A stretch of DNA of 64,000 nt, taken from Prasinococcaceae sp. CCMP 1430. Its lineage: Eukaryota; Plantae; Prasinodermophyta. The position numbers and the translations under genes are program-made. The notes beneath the pieces are model-generated. The model saw only the letters and a program-made list of their open reading frames with translations. It did not search any database and was not told the DNA's origin. This document shows positions 1-14,472 of the stretch, in pieces. The stretch covers positions 363,171-427,170 of the forward strand of contig RQSC01000010.1 of the NCBI GenBank assembly GCA_013416795.1, written 5' to 3'. Positions within the stretch are counted from its first letter, which is position 1; every line of letters begins with the position of its first letter.

Positions 1-347
<347 letters not shown>

Positions 348-382
348 TTACTCTCCCACTATTTAAATCAGCTTTAAGCACT

Positions 383-414
383 ATTCATTCATTCATTCAT
401 TCATTCATTCATTC
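383..414. repeat. (ATTC)8 microsatellite
   Basis: Eight perfect ATTC units just upstream of psbD. Confidence 0.95.
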
Positions 415-933
415 ACTTAAACACGAGTGAGCAGCCCTGATCACATCCACAGGCTGCTCACTTGTATTTAAGTAAATGAATAACGCAGGCTAGCGGTGCT
501 TTCTAACAAAGCCAAAAACTAGCCAAGGGCTGGGCAATATTGAAGTTGGATAGAAACACAGTTGGCTTTTCTTTTCTTCCTAGTCTCCAAGTTTTTTGGT
601 CTTGGAAAACCCACTTCTCGACAAAAACCTGGCTCAATTTGAGCACACGGTTAGATCTCCGTTTCTTCTCTAGTATAACTAGAGCTAAGGAGCAAAACAA
701 ATTAGCAATCTAGTGGTTAATACAGCACACATTTTCTAACCTTTGAAGTCAAGCAGGCCTGAAATGTCAACTCTAAACTGTTTAATACAGTTGGAGTTGC
801 AGAAAAAAAGTAGACATAACCTCAGATCTATCTTGCAGATTCATTCTATCTTTTGAAAATCCCAGACTGAAAATTGGAAATGAACATTGAAAAAACATGA
901 AGTGATCATCTGCATTTTTCAGGAAATAGTAAA

Positions 934-1005
934 AGCCCTTTATCGGACTTGAACCGATGACTTACGCCTTACCATGGCGTTACTCTACCGCTGAGTTAAA
1001 AGGGC
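934..1005 (-). tRNA. trnT-GGU: tRNA-Thr(GGU)
   Basis: GCCCTTTTAACTCAG...ACGCC-ATGGTAA-GGCGT...AAAGGGCT cloverleaf. Confidence 0.96.
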
Positions 1006-1477
1006 CACATGAACATTATCTAGCTTGTTTATAAAATACTTATGGAAAAAGCGGATGTCAAGTTTTACTTCCAATAAAGACAAGAAAAAGGAAGAAAAGA
1101 CAAGAACTTTATTCATAAAGTTCTACTAGCAGCAGGTTTTGTAGGAAAACACAAAGGGTAAAACCCAAAAATCTTTTTTATTGCAAGAAAGCTAATAAGA
1201 GCACTTTGTTTTTTATCCTATTTGCTGAGTGTACTAGCTAACAAAAAAGAAAAAAACATAACTCAAAAACAAATGAACTTTGTGTTTTTTAAACAGAAAG
1301 TCAATAAAAATGACAGATTCTAAATTAATGGATAAGCCATTTTGCATCTAATCATCTACCACACATATATTTTTGGATTTCTGCAGGTGACTCCCCCCAT
1401 AAAGAAAGGTCAAAAGCTTTCAAGATGTATCAAAAACAGTCACATTCGCTTGGCTTCTTTGGACAAACATTGTTCTC

Positions 1478-1506
1478 TTGACAATAGATCCATAAACCAA
1501 TACAAT
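1478..1506 (+). promoter_or_regulatory. Sigma70-type (PEP) promoter for trnE-trnY
   Basis: TTGACA-17nt-TACAAT, 19 nt upstream of trnE. Confidence 0.75.
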
Positions 1507-1525
1507 TAAGCTAGCTTGCTACAAA

Positions 1526-1598
1526 GCCCCCATCGTCTAGAGGCCCAGGACACCTCCCTTTCACGGAGGCGACGGGGATTCGAATTCCCCTGGGGGTA
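1526..1598 (+). tRNA. trnE-UUC: tRNA-Glu(UUC)
   Basis: GCCCCCATCGTCTAG...CTTTCAC...TGGGGGTA. Confidence 0.97.
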
Positions 1599-1763
1599 CA
1601 AGTGATCCTGGTCCATTTACCTCAAATGCTCAATGAAAACTGCTAGCCTTTAGTTCTAGCCGCTTGTGGAGTGACTTGTCAAACTCTTAGGAGTCTGTCG
1701 TCTTGGCACTTACTTCGGAACAAAAGCAGGCTTGCCAAATCAAATAAAAGGCTGATCTGTCGA

Positions 1764-1845
1764 GGGTCGATGTCCGAGTGGTTAAAGGAGGCGGATTGTA
1801 AATCCGCTGGCATTGCCTACGCTGGTTCGAATCCAGCTCGGCCCA
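1764..1845 (+). tRNA. trnY-GUA: tRNA-Tyr(GUA)
   Basis: GGGTCGATG...GCGGA-TTGTAAA-TCCGC, long variable arm. Confidence 0.97.
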
Positions 1846-2079
1846 TTTCAGTTTTAACCAGCACAAGTGCGCAAGCTGGACAAAAATATGTGTCAGATCC
1901 TTGCTTCTGGTAAAGCTCACAGACCTTTCCCATTCACACTAAATTTCAACTGAAAAAGGAAATAAACTTTGCTTGCCTGTTTATAATAGCTCAGGCTATT
2001 TTTGAGTTTTTTGCAGGATAAACTGCAAACCAAATGGTAGCTTAGCTGTGCAATTGCAAATCTAAAGGATGGTCCAGAT

Positions 2080-3402
<1,323 letters not shown>

Positions 3403-3592
3403 GTAGAAGCCAAATAGAAATATAGAAAAAAGCCTCAGGCCACTGGCATTCTGAAAATCATCTTAGGCATTTTTCGAAGATGGTTTACTGCTTTGGAACA
3501 TGCTCTCCAGGACTTGCGTGTTTTTGCCGCCCGGGCTTGTTGGCTTAACGCATCAACACCTTAGAAAAAAAAAAGAAAGAGGAGTTTTAACC

Positions 3593-4851
<1,259 letters not shown>

Positions 4852-4902
4852 TGTTTATCTGGTCAAAGACTTTGCTCGATCTTAAGTCCTAAGTATTTGT
4901 AT

Positions 4903-4926
4903 TTTTGGGGCCTGAAGGCCCCAAAA
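4903..4926 (+). terminator. petD 3' stem-loop
   Basis: TTTTGGGGCC-TGAA-GGCCCCAAAA. Confidence 0.7.
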
Positions 4927-4983
4927 GCACTCTCTGTATTGTGTTTTCCAAAGCGGCACCGACTACGGACTATTTCATTCCAT

Positions 4984-5180
4984 AGACTTTATGCAAGCAA
5001 ATGTATAAACAGTTTTATCCTCAGGCGAAAACCAGTCTAAAGTTTGTCTGCTGAGCTTTTTCAATCTGTAGCCATGTGCATAAAAAAGGTTAGTAAATTC
5101 TTCACAGTGCTCGAGTTCGGCATTGTTTTTGTTCTTACAATAAACAAAAAATTGTTTCTACATTTGCTTGCATAAAGTCT
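4984..5180. repeat. 28-bp inverted repeat pair (4984-5011 / 5153-5180) with 141-bp spacer
   Basis: AGACTTTATGCAAGCAAATGTATAAACA versus the reverse complement of the right arm, AGACTTTATGCAAGCAAATGTAGAAACA (27/28). Confidence 0.9.
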
Positions 5181-5551
5181 GACAGCCGTCTTGCCAATCC
5201 TATCTCTACTTGTCTTCAGCCAGTTTGAATTAACTATGAAAAATGTTCATGTCTATAATGACTTTTACCAGACAAACTTGGCTATTCAAGGAAAGATATC
5301 CACCTAATAGCTTGGAAACTTGATATTAGAAGAGTCTTTAGCATACATGTCGACGTGTTTTGAAAACACGATGAACACATGTTGCTAGAACTTCAAAAAA
5401 TTGATCATTGATTACATTTAATGTTGCAGTTTCATTCAGCCAAAAGATCATCACATGCTTGGCAGCCAGCTTGCATGTGGTTAAGAACATTCCATACGTC
5501 CAAAACATCAGTAGAGATAATTTCCTGAGCAAATTATAGCAAAATATTTTT

Positions 5552-5854
5552 ATGGCAAAAAAAAGCAGTATCGAACGAAACAAAAAACGGCAAAAACTTG
5601 CTCATGCATTCCAGCATCGTCGCACTGAACTTAAGCAATTATTAAGCAAGACTTTATCTGCAGAAGAAAAGTTGATTTTGCACAGACGGATGCAGTCTCT
5701 TCCCCGAAACAGTGCTCCCACTCGTATTCATCGGCGTTGTCTTGTCAGCGGACGGCCTCAGGCAGTCTACCGGGACTTCGCTCTTTCCAGACATATAGTG
5801 CGTGAGATGGCCCACGCTTGCTTACTGCCCGGAGTGACCAAATCTAGCTGGTAG
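5552..5854 (+). CDS. rps14: Ribosomal protein S14
   Basis: MAKKSSIER...LPRNSAPTR...[10 protein letters not shown]. Confidence 0.97.
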   Translation: MAKKSSIERNKKRQKLAHAFQHRRTELKQLLSKTLSAEEKLILHRRMQSLPRNSAPTRIHRRCLVSGRPQAVYRDFALSRHIVREMAHACLLPGVTKSSW

Positions 5855-6175
5855 TTTAGTGTCCAAAGTTTGAGCTGAGAAAGAAAGAAAAAGCCAAAAT
5901 CCTGTTTCATGAGGTGAGCAGAGAGCATATTCTTTTTCCTCTTTTTTAAACAGCTCACTTTAGCCTGATGTAGGCTGAAGTAAATGAAAAGCATGTTTTT
6001 TTGGACTCACACAGTCCATGTAAATATGTTTACCAAGCAAGATTAAAAAGGATCAGTTTCGTAAAATTGCAGTAAAGGTGAAGATCGGAAAGCTAGATGC
6101 AGGTGCTTAGAAAGTGTACAATGACTATTAAGAGTAATTAGTTGGGACCCACCCCAATATGTTGGCGGGTTTGTT

Positions 6176-8248
6176 ATGCAATCAACACATCAGTACGCCT
6201 GGATTATACCAATTCTGCCATCCCTGGCGGCAGCCCTTTTGGGGTTAAGTTTGCTCTTTTTTCGAAGTGCAACTCGTAGCTTACGCAAAGTCTCGGCTTT
6301 AAGCTGTATAACCCTCCTAGGGGGAGCTATGTTGCTTTCCTTGGAGCTTCTTCAAGAGGAAGTGGCTGGAACATCTGCTCACCGTTATTTGTGGCATTGG
6401 CTTGCTAATCAGAGTGTTATACTGGAAATAGGCTATCTAGTGGACCCTTTAAGTACACTGATGCTGGTCTTGGTAACTACCGTGGGCGTGGCTGTGATGA
6501 TTTATACCGATGGTTACATGTGTCATGATCGCGGTTATGTGAGGTTTTTTGCTTATCTTAGTTTGTTTACTGCTTCGATGTTGGGTTTGGTACTGAGTCC
6601 CAACCTCATCCAGCTCTATGTGTTTTGGGAGTTGGTAGGTATGTGTTCCTATCTTTTAGTAGGTTTTTGGTTTGCTCGTCCTAGTGCGTCTTATGCTTGC
6701 CAAAAAGCTTTTGTGACCAATCGAGTCGGAGATTTTGGTCTACTGCTTGGGATATTGGGATTTTATTGGCTAACAGGAAGTTTTGAATTTGAAAATATCG
6801 CTAGCAGATGTGCTGAGCTCCTGGAAAATGATCCTGAAGCTTGTGGCTTAGCCACAGGCTGTGCATTACTCCTGCTGTTAGGACCTGTAGCTAAGTCAGC
6901 TCAATTCCCACTCCATGTTTGGTTACCTGACGCTATGGAGGGGCCCACGCCCATTTCAGCGCTAATTCATGCTGCTACTATGGTAGCTGCGGGTATTTTT
7001 TTGGTAGCACGACTCTTACCTTTGTTCGCCGAGCTGCCATTAGTGATGGACGTGATTGCTTGGATCGGGGGCCTGACTTCTCTATTAGGCGCGACTATGG
7101 CTTTAGCGCAAAAAGATTTGAAGAGATGCTTAGCTTACTCTACCATGTCACAACTTGGCTACATGATGCTAGGTTTGGGTCTTGGTTCCTACCAGGCTGG
7201 CATTTTCCATCTGATTACCCATGCTTATTCTAAGGCACTTCTGTTTCTAGGCTCTGGTTCGGTGATTCATGCTATGGAAAATGTAGTTGGCCCTCAGCCA
7301 CAGAAAAACCAGGACATGCGCTACATGGGAGGGTTAAGAAGGCACATGCCGATTACTGGATCTACTTTTTTGCTAGGTACCCTTTCGCTTTGTGGCATTC
7401 CTCCATTTGCTTGTTTTTGGTCCAAAGATGAGATCTTGGCTGACGCTTGGACTAATGTGCCTATGCTAGGATTCATTGCTTGGTTTACCGCAGGCCTGAC
7501 CGCTTTTTACATGACCCGAATGTACTTGCTAACTTTTGAAGGTGAATTTCGAGGTGCGCTTGTGCATACTAATGCAAAACATCAGACGCTTTCTTCCCAA
7601 GCAGTGAACGATATCAACCTTTTGCCTCAAGAATCTAGCCTAACCATGACCGCTCCCCTGGTTTTCTTATCAGTGCCTACGGTTTTGATCGGTTTTTTGG
7701 GAGCTCCTTGGCCTCATGGAATTCCTGGCTCTAGTTTATTCTCTCAATGGTTGAACCCAGAGCATGGGGCTCTACTTTTCTTTTCTGAGCAAATATCTAA
7801 TCAATGGGCGGAATTCTTAAGTACTGCTTTGCCCTCAGTGGGTATTGCTCTTATTGGGGCGGGAATAGCTTGGGTTTTCTATGGCCCTTGGAGTTCCTCG
7901 GATCGTGATTTAATCCACTTTTTAGATCCATTGCCGCAAGGAATCTTAGCTCCATTGGTACTCAGCATTTATAGCTGGTCTTTGCGACGAGCCTATATTG
8001 ATGAGATTTATGATCGTACGTTGATTCAAGGCACCCGAACTCTAGCAGGTCTGGCCGCTCTTGTAGATCAATGGCCCGTTGATGGCACCGTCAATGGGAC
8101 AGGCTTACTAGCCCTGTTTGGCGGAGAGAGTTTGAGATATACTGAAGGAGGCCGAGCCTCCGCTTACCTCTTTGTGCTTTTTATGGCCATGACATTAGCC
8201 GGGCTTTTTGTCACTGCCGTAAGCATAAGCTCTCTGAACCTTTCATAA
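6176..8248 (+). CDS. ndhF: NADH dehydrogenase-like subunit F
   Basis: [31 protein letters not shown]; [11 protein letters not shown]. Confidence 0.98.
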   Translation: MQSTHQYAWIIPILPSLAAALLGLSLLFFRSATRSLRKVSALSCITLLGGAMLLSLELLQEEVAGTSAHRYLWHWLANQSVILEIGYLVDPLSTLMLVLVTTVGVAVMIYTDGYMCHDRGYVRFFAYLSLFTASMLGLVLSPNLIQLYVFWELVGMCSYLLVGFWFARPSASYACQKAFVTNRVGDFGLLLGILGFYWLTGSFEFENIASRCAELLENDPEACGLATGCALLLLLGPVAKSAQFPLHVWLPDAMEGPTPISALIHAATMVAAGIFLVARLLPLFAELPLVMDVIAWIGGLTSLLGATMALAQKDLKRCLAYSTMSQLGYMMLGLGLGSYQAGIFHLITHAYSKALLFLGSGSVIHAMENVVGPQPQKNQDMRYMGGLRRHMPITGSTFLLGTLSLCGIPPFACFWSKDEILADAWTNVPMLGFIAWFTAGLTAFYMTRMYLLTFEGEFRGALVHTNAKHQTLSSQAVNDINLLPQESSLTMTAPLVFLSVPTVLIGFLGAPWPHGIPGSSLFSQWLNPEHGALLFFSEQISNQWAEFLSTALPSVGIALIGAGIAWVFYGPWSSSDRDLIHFLDPLPQGILAPLVLSIYSWSLRRAYIDEIYDRTLIQGTRTLAGLAALVDQWPVDGTVNGTGLLALFGGESLRYTEGGRASAYLFVLFMAMTLAGLFVTAVSISSLNLS

Positions 8249-8697
8249 ACGTACTCTTCTTTTCATTAATAACCTTATCAAAATGCCTATTCAGTGACAC
8301 CATACTTTTTGAGTAAGCCATAGTTTGGCAGGCTCAGAAATCCTCCCCGCCGAGCTACTTAGAGAAGACTCTTTTTTTTTGAGCCTCGGCAGGGAAACAC
8401 ATATATAATCACTTGTTCTGACCGTCGTGATCGCCAATCAATATCAATAAAGTAACTGTTTCAATAGACAAGCTATGTGTTTTTAGGCTAAAAACGAGCA
8501 AACAAGTTGCAATGATAGACAATTTGCCCAAGTAGCCAATAACTAAGCGCACACAATTTCGATTTCATGTCCTTGCATATTTGGCTTACCCTTCAAAAGA
8601 CTGTGTTTTTGTCAAGCAAAGACTTGCATCCTTTGTCTCTAGAAGGCTATACTTAGGCTAAATTCTTTCTCTTTTTCCCACCAAGTAGCTTTTCTTA

Positions 8698-8769
8698 GTC
8701 TCAGTAGCTCAGTGGTAGAGCGGTCGGCTGTTAACCGATTGGTCGTAGGTTCAAGTCCTACCTGAGGAG
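8698..8769 (+). tRNA. trnN-GUU: tRNA-Asn(GUU) with G1:A72 acceptor mismatch
   Basis: GTCTCAGTAGCTCAG...GTCGG-CTGTTAA-CCGAT...CTGAGGAG; upstream TTGCAT-18-TATACT (8624-8653). Confidence 0.9.
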
Positions 8770-8984
8770 ATAAGAATTCAGAATAAAAGATTGCAGCCAG
8801 AAGGTTAATAGTATTGTAAAAAACATTCTAGGGTCCCCTCTCTTTGTTTTGCAAAAGAAGGAACAAAGAGGGAAGTTTTACTATTCAAATCAAAATGATG
8901 TAGATGGTGTAGATTGTGTACATCTATTTCTTTTTTTCTTTGTGCTTATCTCTTTACATTTTCAAAAAAGACATTATTGTCAGT

Positions 8985-9265
8985 NNNNNNNNNNNNNNNN
9001 NNNNNNNNNNNNNNNNNNNNNNNNNNNNNNNNNNNNNNNNNNNNNNNNNNNNNNNNNNNNNNNNNNNNNNNNNNNNNNNNNNNNNNNNNNNNNNNNNNNN
9101 NNNNNNNNNNNNNNNNNNNNNNNNNNNNNNNNNNNNNNNNNNNNNNNNNNNNNNNNNNNNNNNNNNNNNNNNNNNNNNNNNNNNNNNNNNNNNNNNNNNN
9201 NNNNNNNNNNNNNNNNNNNNNNNNNNNNNNNNNNNNNNNNNNNNNNNNNNNNNNNNNNNNNNNNN
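8985..9265. other. Assembly gap (N run)
   Basis: Run of N. Confidence 1.
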
Positions 9266-9469
9266 TGCTTACAAGAGACCAAATTAGATAAGCCTTGCAA
9301 TTGGAATTAGGTACATAATTATTTTTTTAGTCTGAACAGAATCTTTCAAATTGCTAGTAAAAAGCGAAAATAGAAAGTACTAGGCTACCAAAAAAAAGAT
9401 TATGAATCAAAGTCTAGATCGAAGAGAAAATATATTCATATTAGAAGAGCTAATTCTGAAGACTTGGAT

Positions 9470-9724
9470 CTAGGCTACTGATTGGAACTGTTCAAAGACC
9501 CCAGCTCTACGTAAAATATGCCTCACAGTGTCGCTAGGTTGAGCACCAGATCGCAGCAAGTCTAAGATAGCAGATATATCCAAGGAAGTTTGATCGCTCA
9601 TAGGATCATAAAAACCTACTTCTTTCAGGGCACGCCCTTCTCTGCGAGAACGAGCATCAATAGCAATAATTCTATAGGTGGGTTGTTGCTTTCTTCCATA
9701 ACGCTTTAGACGAATTTTCACCAT
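9470..9724 (-). CDS. rps16: Ribosomal protein S16, intronless
   Basis: [31 protein letters not shown]; uninterrupted ORF. Confidence 0.97.
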   Translation of the reverse strand: MVKIRLKRYGRKQQPTYRIIAIDARSRREGRALKEVGFYDPMSDQTSLDISAILDLLRSGAQPSDTVRHILRRAGVFEQFQSVA

Positions 9725-9808
9725 AGATAGATAGGGCCGATAGAAAGAATGACACTGGAATGCCAGTGACAGCCTGCAGGCTATGTTGAAGATCCATGCT
9801 TGACCCTA

Positions 9809-9856
9809 ATTCCGTGGATAGCTGGCGCAGATATCTGCGCCAGCTATCCACGGAAT
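9809..9856. repeat. Perfect 48-bp palindrome downstream of chlB
   Basis: ATTCCGTGGATAGCTGGCGCAGAT|ATCTGCGCCAGCTATCCACGGAAT. Confidence 0.95.
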
Positions 9857-9896
9857 ATCCACGAGGTCTGCTATTATTTAGCTTCTCAAATGCGTG

Positions 9897-11444
9897 TTAA
9901 GCGCTCAAGGCTTCTTTGGCTGCATACATAATTTCTACGGTAATCTTATCAACTTGTTTTTGTCGGGCGTATTTTTCAGTATTTCTCTTAATTTTACCTC
10001 GTACAAATCCTGGGATTTTGTTTAATTCTAATTGACTGTCAACGTCCCAGGCAAGGTCACTGTCAGTAGAAAGAGACTTAGTAATAACTTCTTTGGTATC
10101 ATGTCCGCCAAAGATTTCTAAAAGATGATCTTCCATGCCTAAAGTGAAAGAATTGTAAACTAAATCAGCAATCTGGTTAGTCCCTTCGTATCCCAAGAAA
10201 GGCCTGTAGCCAAGAGGAAAGTTTTGGATGTGTACGGGAGCAGAGATCACTCCGCAAGGAATGTCGAGACGTTTGCCAATGTGGCGTTCCATTTGCGTAC
10301 CAAAGATGGCTGCTGGTTCTACCCGAGCAATCATATCCCCAACCTCGGTATGATCATCGGTAACCAAGACCTCGTCACAATACCCGTGAACTTGCTCTTT
10401 AAACCAATCTGCATCATGTTTACAGTATGTGCCTGCGCAGACTACTTGAACTCCCATTTCTCGAGCCAAAATTTTTGTCATGGCTGCAGCATGAGTTGTA
10501 TCACCGAACACCACTGCTCTTTTTCCAGTTAGGTTTTGGCAGTCAATGGAGCGAGAAAACCAAGCAGCTTGAGAGACAAAACGTGTCTGGTAGTCGATGT
10601 AAGGCTCGTAATTGACCAGGGTTTCATTTATTGCGGGGGCAAAAAGATTAATACAGGCCTGCATTTCGCGAATGCATTCTGCAGTGGCTACTACTCCCAT
10701 AGGAGTAGTGGCCACATAGGGCATGCCATATTCCCGTTCTAGATACATGGCAGTCATCAGTCCGACTTCACGATAAGGCACAAAGTTAAACCAGGCTTTT
10801 GGGAGATTGCGGAGATGCTCTACGCAGCCCCCCTCAGGAATCACTTCATTAACCTGAATTCCAAGATCTTGAAAAAGACGTTTTAATTCCCGACAATCAT
10901 GCTGATTGTGAAACCCCAGGGTAAACATACCAATGATGTTCACTGAAGGTATTTTTGAGAGAGGTTCGCTTACAAAAGTAAATCTTTCGGCTTGTTCCTT
11001 TTCCAAATAATAGCGAACTATTTGTTCTAAAGTGCGGTCTGCAGCTTGTAGCTCATTGACGCGATAGTGATTAACATCAGCTAAAATAACATCAGAGTAG
11101 GAGTCTGTAGATGCTCTGTTAACAAAGTTTTGCAGGTCTTCTTGCAAAATACTCGAAGTGCAGGTGGGAGTAAGCACAATCAAGTCTGGGCGCTCTTCTT
11201 TATCCTTGCGAGCAATATTTTCGACTACCTTTTCTTGCGAGCCACGGGCAAGTACATGTCGATCTACTATGCTGGCAGTAACCGGAGTAAAGTCTCTTTC
11301 TCTTTCAAGCATAGAACGCATGACATTGAAATAGTCATCTCCTAGAGGAGCATGCATAATGGCGTGAACATTTTTGAAGGAGCTGGCAACACGTAGGGTC
11401 CCAATATGAGCAGGTCCGGCATACATCCAATAAGCTAGTTTCAT
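9897..11444 (-). CDS. chlB: Light-independent protochlorophyllide reductase subunit B
   Basis: [39 protein letters not shown]; C-terminal PCP_red motif IPGFVRGK. Confidence 0.99.
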   Translation of the reverse strand: MKLAYWMYAGPAHIGTLRVASSFKNVHAIMHAPLGDDYFNVMRSMLERERDFTPVTASIVDRHVLARGSQEKVVENIARKDKEERPDLIVLTPTCTSSILQEDLQNFVNRASTDSYSDVILADVNHYRVNELQAADRTLEQIVRYYLEKEQAERFTFVSEPLSKIPSVNIIGMFTLGFHNQHDCRELKRLFQDLGIQVNEVIPEGGCVEHLRNLPKAWFNFVPYREVGLMTAMYLEREYGMPYVATTPMGVVATAECIREMQACINLFAPAINETLVNYEPYIDYQTRFVSQAAWFSRSIDCQNLTGKRAVVFGDTTHAAAMTKILAREMGVQVVCAGTYCKHDADWFKEQVHGYCDEVLVTDDHTEVGDMIARVEPAAIFGTQMERHIGKRLDIPCGVISAPVHIQNFPLGYRPFLGYEGTNQIADLVYNSFTLGMEDHLLEIFGGHDTKEVITKSLSTDSDLAWDVDSQLELNKIPGFVRGKIKRNTEKYARQKQVDKITVEIMYAAKEALSA

Positions 11445-11630
11445 GAGTTAAGTCCTCTCTTTTGTACAAAGAATGTGATCACCTGGCTACATTCTACCTC
11501 ACGGTGCCATAACTGGCTACCATAGTCAGGGTAGTAAGTGTGTGTTTTTTTGTCATAGAGATGATCTGTCAGAGCCTATTTGAATTTCCAGCTTCGATTG
11601 TTTCTAATTCTTAACGATACTCTTTACTCT

Positions 11631-11702
11631 CTCGGGCGGAAGGACTCGAACCTCCGAATGACAGGGCCAAAACCCGTTGCCTTACCACTTGGCCACGCCC
11701 GA
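11631..11702 (-). tRNA. trnQ-UUG: tRNA-Gln(UUG)
   Basis: TCGGGCGTGGCCAAGTGGTAAGGCAACGGG-TTTTGGC-CCTGT. Confidence 0.95.
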
Positions 11703-11931
11703 TTCAAACTATAGGAGATTACACCCTGATGACAGAGTATTGTCAAGAAAGAAAAATCTTAGCTTAGTTTTGCCTTCACACGTGCTAGGTAGAAAGAGAT
11801 TGAGGTCAGTTTTTAGCTCTTCCAAGCTAGCTCAAGCCATAGTAAGATGTTCTGCTAAGTTTGCTCTTTGCTATAGCGCGTGGCCTGAAAAGATCCATCC
11901 CAAATACAGTTGCACTTATTGGAGAATACCT

Positions 11932-12117
11932 ATGCCAACTATGCCCATTGTTCATCTAGATAGCTTATTCGACTTTGGGACTCACTGTGGCGCCATCCTT
12001 GGCAAGTTACCTGAAGCTTATGCTATCTTCGATCCCATTGTGGATGTCATGCCAATCATTCCTGTGCTCTTTTTACTTCTAGCTTTTGTCTGGCAGGCAG
12101 CTGTCAGTTTTCGATAA
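11932..12117 (+). CDS. psbK: Photosystem II protein K
   Basis: [37 protein letters not shown]; GGAG SD before ATG at 11932. Confidence 0.96.
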   Translation: MPTMPIVHLDSLFDFGTHCGAILGKLPEAYAIFDPIVDVMPIIPVLFLLLAFVWQAAVSFR

Positions 12118-12249
12118 AATATGGCCCTTCAAAACGCCCATCTCCGATATTGTAATCCTCACCACTGTACACTGAAAAAGGTCATTAGCAAAGGGATGTT
12201 ATAAGGAGAGGCTATTCCCAGAAACTAAGTGAGCTATAACTGGCATTGT

Positions 12250-12334
12250 GGAGAAATGGCAGAGTGGTCGATTGCGGCGATCTCGAAAGTCGTTTTAGTC
12301 TTGGCTAACGAGGGTTCGAATCCCTCTTTCTCCA
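12250..12334 (+). tRNA. trnS-CGA: tRNA-Ser(CGA)
   Basis: GGAGAAATGGCAGAGTGG...GCGAT-CTCGAAA-GTCGT, long variable arm, ...TTTCTCCA. Confidence 0.9.
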
Positions 12335-12513
12335 CCGGGTGCCATATTTTTTTTGCCTTCATTTTACAAACACAGGGACGTTGAATTTTGTCCACTTAGG
12401 CCAGAGATATATTTATCTGCTATACAGTAGTCCTAAGTCATATCAATTTACTTGTAGTTCCAAGTCCAAGGGTTTAACCTATCAAAGTACTAACTCTGTA
12501 CTTACCGAACTGA

Positions 12514-12657
<144 letters not shown>

Positions 12658-12705
12658 ACTCTCCGGTGACCATGTCACTCTCACAATGCGGCTAGTTCTT
12701 ATTCA

Positions 12706-12793
12706 TGGAGAGAGAGGGATTCGAACCCTCGGTACGCTTTTGGCATACAACGGATTAGCAATCTGTCGCTTTCGACCACTCAGCCATCTCTCC
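12706..12793 (-). tRNA. trnS-GCU: tRNA-Ser(GCU)
   Basis: GGAGAGATGGCTGAGTGG...AGA-TTGCTAA-TCC. Confidence 0.96.
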
Positions 12794-13002
12794 TAAGGAT
12801 CCAGCTCATTAGTGTTAATCTAGCATAACACAGACCTGGAAGTCTATGTTTGCTAAGCATCTGTTCATTCCATCTAGTCAAGCAGTCTCTGGTTCAAAAA
12901 TCAACATACTATTTTTTTATGCCTATGTCTGCCATGTAAAAAAGACATACTTGGGGAGTAGGCATACCGTTACAAAAAGCCTCTCCCCAAGTACTGCACG
13001 AT

Positions 13003-13101
13003 TTATCGATATAATTCTCTTCCCAAGCGCAAAGCTAAAATGCCAGTTATAAATGCACTTACAAGAGCTACAAAGATTTGGCTATCCGAGATAAGTGTCA
13101 T
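13003..13101 (-). CDS. psaM: Photosystem I subunit XII
   Basis: [32 protein letters not shown]. Confidence 0.95.
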   Translation of the reverse strand: MTLISDSQIFVALVSAFITGILALRLGRELYR

Positions 13102-13445
13102 CTTGCTATTCTCCTTTACTTTCTTTAAATTTCATGTAGCAGACCATGTAGCAGACAGTGTCAGCAACCGATTCACGCCGAGCCCAAAACCGTCTCAGCA
13201 TGAGCAGGTAGGCCATCTCTTATTGTACAAATAAGATAGGCCTATAGCTAGAATTTTAAATGTAAGATTCGTATTCCTCAGGCTGCATTAGTAAGTAAGC
13301 CTTAAGCTTGGCCTGGTTAAATGTCAGAGCTCTATAAGATTCTAAATACAAAGTATAATCTATTTTATTTAGGAAGCTCGGAGTTTCGCTCGGAATGGTC
13401 CAGACACACGGCGCTACTAAAAGTTATTACCAAGTCAAAATTAGC

Positions 13446-13547
13446 ATGAACTTAGAAATTGTGGCCCAGCTAACCGTGTTAGCACTTATTGTCTTATCAG
13501 GTCCTTTGGTAATTGCTGTGCTAGCCACTCGCAAAGCCAATCTATAA
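13446..13547 (+). CDS. ycf12: Photosystem II protein Psb30 (Ycf12)
   Basis: [33 protein letters not shown]. Confidence 0.96.
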   Translation: MNLEIVAQLTVLALIVLSGPLVIAVLATRKANL

Positions 13548-14262
13548 TTTTCAACTTCCAATATCACCCAGCAAGGCCTTTGTCATTCATACCACAATCA
13601 GATTGATAGCCTTGGAAAATTTCCAACACAAAAGTCATTAGCTTTTCGTTCTCCAGGTCATCCAGCTTTGCTTGGAGAACGGGAACTGCAACTCCATATC
13701 TTCTGATATATCCACATTTAGAGACACTATTTATAGACATAACCCTTCGTTTGTTTCATTTTATGCTTAGCAGATACAGCCATGCCATTTAAAAAAACAG
13801 TGCAAATCGCTCTTCCAAATACGTACATCGTTATCTGCCACATTTTGTTCTAATTTGAAAAGTACATATAAAAACATAGCTTTAATAAAAACATAGCTTT
13901 AACTTTACACAGAAAAGAGATCAATACAGATAACCAAAGTGCCAAAGCCAAAATGTAATACTAGCTGATCATAGAAATATATGCATCAATACTGTGTATG
14001 TATATAACTAGTCGTTATGTTCAATTCTGATGCCAGACAAAACCAATATTTTAAAAATCTAGTTTTCTAGATAAGAGTATTGACAGAATTTTTAAGTCTG
14101 TTTTAGAAGTCTAATTTATAATAGATACACAATAGTGCATAAGATCATTAACTTAATTTTGACTTAACGAATTGCACACTATCACTATATTGATAGCTTA
14201 GTTTGTTTGTGAATCACAAAATAGATGGCTAGCACAGAAATAAGGCTTGATCTCATAAAATT

Positions 14263-14472
14263 NNNNNNNNNNNNNNNNNNNNNNNNNNNNNNNNNNNNNN
14301 NNNNNNNNNNNNNNNNNNNNNNNNNNNNNNNNNNNNNNNNNNNNNNNNNNNNNNNNNNNNNNNNNNNNNNNNNNNNNNNNNNNNNNNNNNNNNNNNNNNN
14401 NNNNNNNNNNNNNNNNNNNNNNNNNNNNNNNNNNNNNNNNNNNNNNNNNNNNNNNNNNNNNNNNNNNNNNNN
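14263..14472. other. Assembly gap (N run)
   Basis: Run of N flanked on both sides by TCATAAAATT. Confidence 1.

Noticed and set aside
8849-9310. ORFs spanning the first N-gap (likewise 14198-14549)
   Set aside because: Open only because of the N runs
11677-11931. N-terminal extension of psbK (similar extensions on psaJ, ndhH, rps7, petD, clpP and atpF)
   Set aside because: ORF-caller read-in from tRNA, spacer or intron sequence; conserved starts and splice sites lie downstream
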